NCBI GenBank assembly: GCA_963678065.2
Contig: CAXXVZ010000003.1
Coordinates: 384,001-448,000 of the forward strand
DNA from: Treponemataceae bacterium
GTDB lineage: Bacteria > Spirochaetota > Spirochaetia > Treponematales > Rectinemataceae
Direction: 5' to 3'
DNA: 64,000 nucleotides
Made by a program: the position numbers and the translations under genes. This document shows, in pieces, positions 46,665 to 55,136 of the stretch. Position 1 is the first letter of the stretch. Every line of letters begins with the position of its first letter. Below the pieces are notes generated by a model, which was given only the letters and a program-made list of their open reading frames with translations, was not told the DNA's origin and made no database searches.

Positions 46665-48065
46665 TCAGGATCCCGGTGTCGCAAGATTCCTGACCCATCT
46701 GCCCTTCCGCAGCCACCATGCCGCGACGGCCGTTTTAAGGAAATCGGTCAGCTTGGCCCAGCCGAACAGTGCTACCGGTCCTATCGGGGTCAGAGCAGAC
46801 AGAGCCCACGCCAATGGCAGAAATAACAGGTAGGTGACTCCTACGTCCACGTAGACTCCCATCGTGGTGTCCCCTCCGGCCCTGGAAAGAGCGAACTGAG
46901 CATTAAGAAGTGTCCAGAGCGGCAGATATACGGCTATGACGAGGACCATCGATTTCGTCATTACACGGGCTGAATCGCTGAGGTTGCCGAAAACGACGGG
47001 AACGATGAATATTGACGAGGCCGCAAGACATCCTATCCCGATGCCAAAAATCACCGCCCCCGACATGATCCACCGCCCTTTTGTCCGCGCCTCATCAAGT
47101 TTCCCTGCTCCCAACGTCGAACCGACAATGACGGAGGTTGCCGTGTGGACGGCCCCAAAGACAAGAAAGAACAGATTCGCGATCGTCCAGGCGGCAGCCA
47201 TGCCTGCTACGGTGTCCGCCCCGCCCCGCGAGTTGTACATCGCCGTGATCATGGTCTCTGAAAGTACCCAGGCTGTCTCGGAAAACAGCATCATCCCGGA
47301 ACGGGAAAGTACTTCGGTGAGAATCTTTCTGTCCACCCTGAACAGGCTGGCGACGGGTACCGCGAATCCGGGCTTTCGCCGCACGATCCAGAACAGAAAT
47401 AGGGCAATTTCGACGCAGCGTGCGATATCGGTGGCGAGGGCCGCTCCGGCGACTTCCATTCTCGGGGCACCCAGATTCCCGTAGATGAAAACCCAGTTGA
47501 GGAAGGTGTTGACGAGAGCGGCGCTCGTCGAGGCTGCGAGAGAGACTTTCGTCTGTCCGATTTCGCGGAACGATGAGCCGAAGGCTACGGCGAGGGCGAA
47601 GGGGATGAAACTGGGGGCGACCGAGCGCATGTAGATGGCGCCTTGGGCGATGATCGCCTGTCCGGCGGAATTCCGAGATACCATGATGCCGATGAGGAAC
47701 TCGGGCTTGATCATGCAGATAGTGAAATAGAGTCCCGAAAGGATGAGGCTCGCGATGACTTTGAAGCGGAATGCCTGCTGCATGCCCTCACGGTTTCCCG
47801 CGCCGCGGTGCTGGGAGAGAAAGATGCCCCCTGCCATGCAAGCCGTGTTGACGATGATGAAGTAGACGAAATTGACTTGATTGGCGGCGTTGACGGCTGC
47901 CATCTTCACGTCGCCGAGGTTGGCGACCATGAAATTGTCGACGAGAGAGACCATGCCGGTTATGAGGGATTGCAGCATGACAGGTATGGCGATGGAAAGG
48001 GCGCCTTTGTAGAAGCTCGCAGGACCGAAAAGAGGGGCGCGAATGGAACGATCGGAATTTCTCAC
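46665..48065 (-). CDS. MATE-family efflux transporter
   Basis: IAIPVMLQ...VDNFMV..LG, N.FLNW.FIYG.LGAP.M.VAGAALAT, RAGGDT. Confidence 0.9.
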   Translation of the reverse strand: MRNSDRSIRAPLFGPASFYKGALSIAIPVMLQSLITGMVSLVDNFMVANLGDVKMAAVNAANQVNFVYFIIVNTACMAGGIFLSQHRGAGNREGMQQAFRFKVIASLILSGLYFTICMIKPEFLIGIMVSRNSAGQAIIAQGAIYMRSVAPSFIPFALAVAFGSSFREIGQTKVSLAASTSAALVNTFLNWVFIYGNLGAPRMEVAGAALATDIARCVEIALFLFWIVRRKPGFAVPVASLFRVDRKILTEVLSRSGMMLFSETAWVLSETMITAMYNSRGGADTVAGMAAAWTIANLFFLVFGAVHTATSVIVGSTLGAGKLDEARTKGRWIMSGAVIFGIGIGCLAASSIFIVPVVFGNLSDSARVMTKSMVLVIAVYLPLWTLLNAQFALSRAGGDTTMGVYVDVGVTYLLFLPLAWALSALTPIGPVALFGWAKLTDFLKTAVAAWWLRKGRWVRNLATPGS

Positions 48066-48121
48066 GATATGTATATATCTCGCGAGGGCGGGCTTGGCCT
48101 AGTCTTTTCGGGAAAACCGTT

Positions 48122-49633
48122 TTATGACGATGTGCCGGTTGCCTGAGCTGTGCGGGAAGCTCTGGGCTTGAGGCGTTTTGCCACCAGTATCTTGGCGACC
48201 ACGAGAAGAAAGAAGAGGAGGGCCCACAGGTTTTTTTGCGCAGAGGGAGGCGGCAGCACGAGTCTTCCGGAGGGCAGGTCGGGGAAAAACTCTCCCGGCT
48301 CAGGTAGAAGTGGGATTGGGCCCGAGGGCGTCGAGGCGATCCAGGCGCTCCCGACAGGGGCGAGTGCGGTGCTTCCGTCGGGGATCTTCGTCGCGTAGCT
48401 TGGTGCAAAAGATGCGAGAATCGCCGAATCGTAGGCAAGCACGAGGCCCTGCGAGGTGATCGAAGCCTTTCCGAGCGAAAAATCGACGTCAGGCCGGAAA
48501 TCGGCGGCGATGGGGGAGGCCGCAGTCGTGGCTGGGTCGAGAATATAGGGACAGTCAGAAGACAGGATGGCGCTTGTGATGGTCTTTCTGCCGCGTACAG
48601 CCTTCACGGGGCTGTCGGCAAGGGTGAGTTCGGGGGAAATGGATTCTTCAAGAAGAGGGAAACAGGCGGCCATGACGCGCGAAAACTGTCCCGAAGCCGA
48701 TACCGTATGCGATGCGGCCGTGAAAAGTACGGGAAAATCCTGGTCGCTCCCCACTCCGTTTCTGACGGAAATACGGTACAGCCCGGGTTCCCGCAAAATG
48801 ATGCGGGATCCGCCGGGCAGGGACTGGATCTGTACAATGGCCGGGGCCACAGGCACGAAAACTCCTGCCTTGCGCACCGAGACAGTGAGGGCCGGGGAGG
48901 GCCCTGAATCGACCATCTCGACCGTCCAGACAGCCCGCGCCCTGTCATGACGCGCGCTGGCAGGCCAGGAATGCCCGGCGGGAAGGGCATCGTCGACCTC
49001 CTCCTTTTTGAGCTCGACGAGTTCGAAACCTGAGGCCTCCGCGGGGAAGCTGTCTGTAAGGAAGGTGACAGCGGAGAATCCCTTCGCAGGAAGCTGCTTC
49101 AGCGCGCTGTAGTCGACAGAGAAGAAGTCGAACGAGGACACGATCCTGACTGCGGATGTTTCAGACTTTCCTCCGGTCAGATATTTTTCGAGGGGAACAA
49201 GGATCGTTTTCCGCCTTCCCGGATCGAAGACAAGCCCGAAAACCTTGTAGTCTTTGAACCGGGCAGTGCCGGAAAGCAGCGTCAATGCGCGGTCGAGAGG
49301 TCTCTTGCCGAAAGGGCCCTCGAGCATGGAGAGAGAGAGGTCGATGACGACAGCCTTTCTGCCCGTATTAATCTGTCGCCACGCTCCGGAAGGATTCAAT
49401 GAAAAACCGGAGGAAGCGAGAACGAGGGCGAGGCATATGGCGATGGCGGCATCGAGGATGCTGTCGTACCAGGTTCGCAGGAATCGTGCAAGGCTTCCGG
49501 AAAGCCCTCGGCGCAGACTCGGTTCGAGGAGGAAGTGCGGATAGTCGATCGCAGGAAGCCTCCGTCGGGTCAGAAAGAGGAGGGCGGCAACCGGCACGAG
49601 GAAGAGGGCCGCGAGAGTGAGTATCTCAGTCAA
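48122..49633 (-). CDS. Membrane protein with a BatA-like N-terminus and a degenerate vWA domain
   Basis: N-terminal double TM (LVPVAALLFL.RRR...YP.FLL), VVIDLSLSM...FLTD, C-terminal TM. Confidence 0.65.
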   Translation of the reverse strand: MTEILTLAALFLVPVAALLFLTRRRLPAIDYPHFLLEPSLRRGLSGSLARFLRTWYDSILDAAIAICLALVLASSGFSLNPSGAWRQINTGRKAVVIDLSLSMLEGPFGKRPLDRALTLLSGTARFKDYKVFGLVFDPGRRKTILVPLEKYLTGGKSETSAVRIVSSFDFFSVDYSALKQLPAKGFSAVTFLTDSFPAEASGFELVELKKEEVDDALPAGHSWPASARHDRARAVWTVEMVDSGPSPALTVSVRKAGVFVPVAPAIVQIQSLPGGSRIILREPGLYRISVRNGVGSDQDFPVLFTAASHTVSASGQFSRVMAACFPLLEESISPELTLADSPVKAVRGRKTITSAILSSDCPYILDPATTAASPIAADFRPDVDFSLGKASITSQGLVLAYDSAILASFAPSYATKIPDGSTALAPVGSAWIASTPSGPIPLLPEPGEFFPDLPSGRLVLPPPSAQKNLWALLFFLLVVAKILVAKRLKPRASRTAQATGTSS

Positions 49634-50534
49634 GGATGGCCTCCACGAGGTCGCGGTACAGCGGGATCCTCTGATCCTCCGGTCCGAGTTTCCTCGACCA
49701 TGCAGATTTCAGCGCGACGTCCAGAGCGGCATCGCGCGCGTGGTAGGCTTTCCACATCGTAACATCTACTCCCAGGCGGATGCCTGTCCCCGTTTCAGGA
49801 TCGCGGATTTCGGCCTCGGACAATCCTTCCGTCAAGAGCTCAAGGTCGCGGTGGAGGCGGATGGCGAAGAGCCGGGCGAAGGGACAGAGGGAAGGTGTGA
49901 ATGACGGGTCGAGAAAGTCGGAAATCACGAGGACCCTGCGGCTCGATGACCGGGTCTTCGCCTCGCGCAGAGCCCTCGTGAGCTCTGTCCGCCCCCCTCG
50001 TTCGAGTCCTGCGAGGAAGCCCGTAATGCGCACGCTCGACGGAGAACCATGAGAGGGTGGCATCAGGGCAGTGATCTTGTCCGAGAAAGCCATGAGGTCG
50101 ATGGGCACGCCGAGGCTTGCGAGGATCCAGGCGAGAGATGCGGCCACGCGGAGCGAACAGTTCCCGTCCGTGCCGTCGCCATGTTCGGCTTCCGCGCCCC
50201 CATACTGTCCCTTGCCCCGGATTTTTTCGGTTCCTGAGCCGGAATCGAATACGAAGATAGAAGAGGACAGGTCTATCAGGATGCACAGCCCCTCCCGGAG
50301 GTCGCCAAAAAATTCCTTGATGTAGAGCCTGCCGGAGCGGCCGTAGAGTTTCCAGTCGATGTGGCGCACATCATCGCCGGGACCGTATTCGCGTATGCTC
50401 TTGAGATCGAAGGAGTCCCCCGTCCTCCGGAATGAAGGATCGCTGCGCGTCGAGGACGTTCTGCCTGGTTTCCTGCCTGTCCGTTTCAGGAAGACCCGGA
50501 CAAGGGCCTCGCAGCCGGGATCGACGAAATTCAC
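49626..50534 (-). CDS. DUF58 family protein
   Basis: IREYGPGDDVRHIDWKLYGR..LYIKEF, IDLSSS, VISDFLD. Confidence 0.88.
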   Translation of the reverse strand: MNFVDPGCEALVRVFLKRTGRKPGRTSSTRSDPSFRRTGDSFDLKSIREYGPGDDVRHIDWKLYGRSGRLYIKEFFGDLREGLCILIDLSSSIFVFDSGSGTEKIRGKGQYGGAEAEHGDGTDGNCSLRVAASLAWILASLGVPIDLMAFSDKITALMPPSHGSPSSVRITGFLAGLERGGRTELTRALREAKTRSSSRRVLVISDFLDPSFTPSLCPFARLFAIRLHRDLELLTEGLSEAEIRDPETGTGIRLGVDVTMWKAYHARDAALDVALKSAWSRKLGPEDQRIPLYRDLVEAILD

Positions 50535-51574
50535 CCCATGGTGCGGTACTCCGCTCCCACTTCGGCGAGGACGGAATCGAGTATTTCTCCGACGCTTACT
50601 CCTTCCGCCTCGGCTTCGAATCCGGGGATCACGCGGTGGTTCGCGGTGTCAGAGAACAATCCGCTCACGTCTGAGAAGGAGACTGAGGCCCGCCCCGCCG
50701 TGACAGCGGTGGCTTTAGCCGCCTTCAGGAGGCCGACCGCACAGCGCGGCGAGGCGCCGTACTTCACGTATTTCCTGACTTTGCCTATCGTCGATTGCTC
50801 CGGGTGGGTCTGGACGACGAGTCGGACGAGGAAATTCCTCACCTCGGAGGGGATAAAGCATTCCCGCATCGCCCTCTGCCCGGCAGCGAGCGCCCGGAGC
50901 GAATCCTCCCGCCCGACCCCCGGGGCATGTTCCGTCTTTTCGCTCGCATCGAGAATGGCGTTCAGCGTGCGGAAGTCGGGGGAGGCAAAATGCAGCTTCA
51001 TGAGGAAGCGGTCCACCTGGGCTTCCGGAAGAGGGTAGGTTCCTTCGAGCTCTATGGGGTTCTGTGTCGCGATCACGAAAAAGGGGCGCGGAAGTTCATG
51101 TACCTCGCCCAGGAAAGTTATCCTTTTTTCTTCCATCGCCTCGAGGAAGGCGCTCTGCGTTTTCGGCGTCGCGCGGTTTATCTCGTCCGCGAGGACGACG
51201 TTCGAGAAAACGGGGCCGGGATAAAATCGGTAGGAACTTTCCCCCCTTTCCGAATACTGGAGGATGTTCGATCCGATCACGTCGAGCGGCATGAGATCGG
51301 GCGTAAATTGAATGCGTCTGAAACCGAGCCCGAAAAAGGCGGCCCATGTGCGGGCCAGAAGCGTCTTGCCGAGCCCGGGGGCCCCTTCCAGAAGGATGTT
51401 CCCCTCGCACAGAAAGGCGCAAAGGAGTCTGTCGATGATGCGGTCGCAGCCGATCACCCGGGAACCGACATGGCTGCGGTAGACAGCGGCGAAGCGCGCG
51501 ATCTCTTCGAGGTCCGCCGCGATGTCCGGTTGCGATCGCTGCTGGTCACCGCTGCCCGTTGTTTGTAAATCCAT
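50531..51574 (-). CDS. MoxR-family AAA+ ATPase
   Basis: GAPGLGKT, RIQFTPDLMP.D, DEINRA.PKTQSA.LEAM, ATQNPIE.EGTYPLPEAQ.DRF, GASPR. Confidence 0.93.
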   Translation of the reverse strand: MDLQTTGSGDQQRSQPDIAADLEEIARFAAVYRSHVGSRVIGCDRIIDRLLCAFLCEGNILLEGAPGLGKTLLARTWAAFFGLGFRRIQFTPDLMPLDVIGSNILQYSERGESSYRFYPGPVFSNVVLADEINRATPKTQSAFLEAMEEKRITFLGEVHELPRPFFVIATQNPIELEGTYPLPEAQVDRFLMKLHFASPDFRTLNAILDASEKTEHAPGVGREDSLRALAAGQRAMRECFIPSEVRNFLVRLVVQTHPEQSTIGKVRKYVKYGASPRCAVGLLKAAKATAVTAGRASVSFSDVSGLFSDTANHRVIPGFEAEAEGVSVGEILDSVLAEVGAEYRTMG

Positions 51575-52313
51575 GAAAGATACCTCCGATATAGAGCTTC
51601 TGGAAGAGTGCACGGTAAGCGGCAAGCACCGCGAGCACCAGAACGAGGCCGGCGATGTTGACCGCGAGCGGAGAAGGGCCCGTCGAGACTATCAGGTTGG
51701 CAGAGTAGTGAAACAGGGATGAGGCAGCGAACCATGCCGTGGTTTTTATTGGCAGCCACGTGTCGGTCCGCCTTTCCCTGACAGGGGCTTTCCTGTTCGC
51801 GACAAGAATGAGGATGGGAAAAAGTCCTGCTGCAGAGAGGAAAGAAGAGATCATATGAACGGGAACGCTCCACCACAGCCGGGCGAAGATGCCGGATTCG
51901 GGAAAAACCAGCGCATAAGCCAGGTTTTCAGTGAGCGCGAAAGCGGTGCAGGCCACGAGGCCAAAACCCAGGCCTCGCACGGCGCCTTCCCTCCTCCAAA
52001 GACATCTTCGGATGCCCTCCGCGCTCCCGGGCTCCGGAGCGGGGGCGTCAGCCTGCCGCATGCACGACAGGGCGAGAATGAAGGCTAAAAGCGCCTTCAA
52101 GGACTCCTCGATGAGCGCCGAGACTGCGAGACCCCCACTAGAAATAGTGCCGGCAAAACGCGCGACCACGAAGATTCCGTATCCGCCCGCGAGTGCCGCA
52201 AGTCCCGGGATGAACTGCCTCTGTACCCAGAAGGGAAGGATGGAGGAGAAGGATACTTGGGGCAGCGGTTTCCGGGCGAATCTCACTGAAGTGACTCCTT
52301 TCCGTTCAGCCAT
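51546..52313 (-). CDS. PrsW-family glutamic intramembrane protease
   Basis: ALIEESLK, GFG...FALTENLAY, PVHM, LFHYSAN within TM helices. Confidence 0.75.
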   Translation of the reverse strand: MAERKGVTSVRFARKPLPQVSFSSILPFWVQRQFIPGLAALAGGYGIFVVARFAGTISSGGLAVSALIEESLKALLAFILALSCMRQADAPAPEPGSAEGIRRCLWRREGAVRGLGFGLVACTAFALTENLAYALVFPESGIFARLWWSVPVHMISSFLSAAGLFPILILVANRKAPVRERRTDTWLPIKTTAWFAASSLFHYSANLIVSTGPSPLAVNIAGLVLVLAVLAAYRALFQKLYIGGIFHGFTNNGQR

Positions 52314-53446
52314 CTGTTTTTGAGGAGAAGGGCGTAGGGATCCTCTTCCCTCTGGATTCCCGGCGGCACGCGGAAGGATTCGAATAACGTTCTCTCAAAC
52401 GAATCGATCTCGCCAGCGCGCAACCCGCCGATTGCGGCCGCTGTCCGGCCGGAATGGCGCGCGAAGACCTTCTCCATCCACGAGCGGTATTCGACGATAG
52501 GGCTGGGAATTCTCGTGTCGGGAGTTTTTTCCCATCCGCGGCCGCGCCTGACCTCGTCCGCCGTTCCGGGGGCTTGCGCCGTATTGTCCCGGGCACCTGG
52601 TTCTCTGTCTTTCCCGCCGGACGAGGGATTCTCGGCGGGCATTTGGGATTTTGCTTCATCGTCGCCCCCTTCATTCCCCTGCAAACGCTCTTCTCCCCGG
52701 CTGGGCAGGGTCAGTTCGGGCTTGCGTGGAGCCGCATCCCCGGCGCGACCATCTCTCTGTGCGTCCGCGCCGACCCTGTTCTGGATTTCATCGTCGGCCG
52801 AGAATCTGTCGGAGCGGGAACGATCCATTCCCGTGCGATCGTTCGGGAAGGCTCTCTCGGCGCTTGCCGGGTCGATAGGGGCGGCTCCAGGCGACGCTGG
52901 TTCAGCCTGCGTGTTCCGTCGGCCTCCTGCCACAGAGGTCAGAGGAATCCCCGCCTCGCCCCACAGAGGATGTCCGAGCCTGACGATGCCTGTCAGTTGC
53001 ACTGCAAGCACAATGAGGAGAGTAAGCGCGAATTCCCGACTCAGGAGCCGACGCACTCTGGATTGTCGCGCAGCGAAAATGTCGCGCCTTCCATTCCGGA
53101 GAGTCTCCGGATTCCCGGAGAAGGCGATGAACCGCTTTTTGACAATATCGCGGACAGACCCCGCGGGTGCTTCGAGAAGGGCTTCGAAGAGAGAATCCGG
53201 ATCGGCCAGCCGGAGGTCCTTCCTCGTCTCTTCCCATGCAAGTGGCCAGACAAGGACCGGTGCAAAGCACGAGCAGAGCATGATTCCAGCCAGGTTGATG
53301 AACTGCCTTTCGAGGTGGAAGAAAATATCGACGAAGCTGATCATCTGCCAGGCGCAGAGCGCTCCCATAGCGTATGCGGCGAGTCTGTTCGCGAGCCTGC
53401 GCGCCAGAGAAAGCCGGATAAGGTTGTACGGAATCAGGGATTTCAT
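52283..53446 (-). CDS. Hypothetical membrane protein (about three TM plus a long disordered region)
   Basis: ATGA-coupled to the upstream gene; Gly/Asp/Arg/Pro-rich middle region. Confidence 0.65.
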   Translation of the reverse strand: MKSLIPYNLIRLSLARRLANRLAAYAMGALCAWQMISFVDIFFHLERQFINLAGIMLCSCFAPVLVWPLAWEETRKDLRLADPDSLFEALLEAPAGSVRDIVKKRFIAFSGNPETLRNGRRDIFAARQSRVRRLLSREFALTLLIVLAVQLTGIVRLGHPLWGEAGIPLTSVAGGRRNTQAEPASPGAAPIDPASAERAFPNDRTGMDRSRSDRFSADDEIQNRVGADAQRDGRAGDAAPRKPELTLPSRGEERLQGNEGGDDEAKSQMPAENPSSGGKDREPGARDNTAQAPGTADEVRRGRGWEKTPDTRIPSPIVEYRSWMEKVFARHSGRTAAAIGGLRAGEIDSFERTLFESFRVPPGIQREEDPYALLLKNRWLNGKESLQ

Positions 53447-54066
53447 TGCGGCGACCTGCCTTCCGCGCGGCCGGATTTTCGACTGCCGGAACGCGGAATA
53501 CTCCCATCGCCACGGGAGGATCGGGAGCGGAAAGCCGACAGAAAAAGGAAGAGAACCAACAGAGATACAGACGCCAGAAAAGGATTCAGAAATCCGAGAA
53601 CAAGGCCAGCTCCCGAGGTGAAGACCGCGAAGACGAGGCGCCCCGCAAAGCCTTTCATCGCGAAGCGGGCGAGCTTCTTTGCAAAAAGGTCTCGGATCGA
53701 TTGGGCGACCGGCACGAGAAAAATGGCGAGCAAACAGGAAAAAAGGGTGAATGCCCTGTTATAGCCATCCGTGAGGGCGAGCATGACAGCGAAGGAAGGA
53801 AAGATAGACGCGCGCAACGCGAGTTCGGATCTGGGGTCCGGATCGTGTAAAGTGCCGATCCCGGACGCGTGGGCCGGGGCCTGTGCTGCCAAGACTCCGA
53901 GAATGAGGATTCCGATTTCGGAATATGTAAAGAAAATCGCGAAGACGAGCCCGAAGGGAAGGGCGATGTCGGGGACACTCAGGCCTGCGAGGACGCAGCT
54001 GAATGCAGGAAGAGCCGCATACAGGATGACAGGGCTGACCCTTTGCAGTGCGCTTTGGGCTTTCAT
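53443..54066 (-). CDS. Hypothetical polytopic membrane protein
   Basis: Highly hydrophobic; ATGA overlaps on both sides. Confidence 0.65.
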   Translation of the reverse strand: MKAQSALQRVSPVILYAALPAFSCVLAGLSVPDIALPFGLVFAIFFTYSEIGILILGVLAAQAPAHASGIGTLHDPDPRSELALRASIFPSFAVMLALTDGYNRAFTLFSCLLAIFLVPVAQSIRDLFAKKLARFAMKGFAGRLVFAVFTSGAGLVLGFLNPFLASVSLLVLFLFLSAFRSRSSRGDGSIPRSGSRKSGRAEGRSPQ

Positions 54067-55136
54067 CTGAGTATCCATCCCGAAATGAAGCCTTTCGGGC
54101 TCAGGTAGAACCTCCCGTCGATACATCGGAGTTCCGGAGTCGCGGAAAGACGAAGGCGGAGGGTCGACCTCCCGGAATTCGACGTGTCAGGCGCATAAAG
54201 CGCCTCCACGGGGATGAGGCGCTCGCCCGGTCCCCAGAGGCCGACAGCGCTCAGGCGGGCATGTTCGGAAGCTCCTGAATGGGCTGTCCCGTCCTGTGAG
54301 TAGATCACGACCGCGCTCTCCCCGGAAGGAGGGATGCTGGCCCGATAGATGCCCGAAACGCTCATATCCGGATCGAAATCTCCGAGTGGCAGGAGGAACA
54401 GAGTGCCCTCGTGTGGCAGCATAGTGGCGAGGAGGAGACCCAAGAAAAGTACGATGCCAGGAACGATGGCGGATCCGCGATGACGGTACAAGAAAAAACC
54501 GAAAAGGCCCGAAAAAAATCCGACGAAAACGAGGGCCGCAAGCAGAAGGGGATCAGGCCCTGCGCGACATGTCGCCGCAAAAATCCCCGATACTTCCGCG
54601 AGCCCGGTCCGGTCGAAAACGAGCGATTCATGGAAGCCTCCGCCTCCCGGCTTGTCAAAATTCTCCGGAGGAATGAGGGTCGACACAGAGCCCCGCGGGA
54701 ACGCTATCCGGGGTGCTGGCGCCTTCAGACGAATGGCCGGGGCGGTAAGAGTCCCGATCGCGTCGCGTTCGCCCGCCCGAGATGCGAGTCCATATCCGGC
54801 GAGTGCGATCTCGGTCCTTCCTGCCTCCCCGCGCGGGCCATACTCCACGACGATATCCTTCATGCCTGTGTCCAGATAGAAGGCGACATCGACGCTCTTT
54901 CCCGCGGCGGTCCGCATCTCGGAGTAAAGGACGCGAAGGCTGCCATCCCAGCCTCGAGCGAACAGGCGGAATTCTCCGGCCGGAATCAGTCCAGTGTCAT
55001 CGCGGATCTGTGTCCGGTTGATGTAGAAGAGGTTCAGACTGTCGGCTTCGAGGTAGGGGCTGGCTGAAAGTGGGACCGTGCCCAGAAAGAAGGCGATCAG
55101 GAGAGCCGCCAGGCGCACGGGGAGAAAGCGTCTCAT
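54063..55136 (-). CDS. Hypothetical exported/membrane protein
   Basis: Signal peptide (MRRFLPVRLAALLIAFF...LSA) and two internal TM; ATGA overlap with the vWA gene stop. Confidence 0.65.
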   Translation of the reverse strand: MRRFLPVRLAALLIAFFLGTVPLSASPYLEADSLNLFYINRTQIRDDTGLIPAGEFRLFARGWDGSLRVLYSEMRTAAGKSVDVAFYLDTGMKDIVVEYGPRGEAGRTEIALAGYGLASRAGERDAIGTLTAPAIRLKAPAPRIAFPRGSVSTLIPPENFDKPGGGGFHESLVFDRTGLAEVSGIFAATCRAGPDPLLLAALVFVGFFSGLFGFFLYRHRGSAIVPGIVLFLGLLLATMLPHEGTLFLLPLGDFDPDMSVSGIYRASIPPSGESAVVIYSQDGTAHSGASEHARLSAVGLWGPGERLIPVEALYAPDTSNSGRSTLRLRLSATPELRCIDGRFYLSPKGFISGWILR

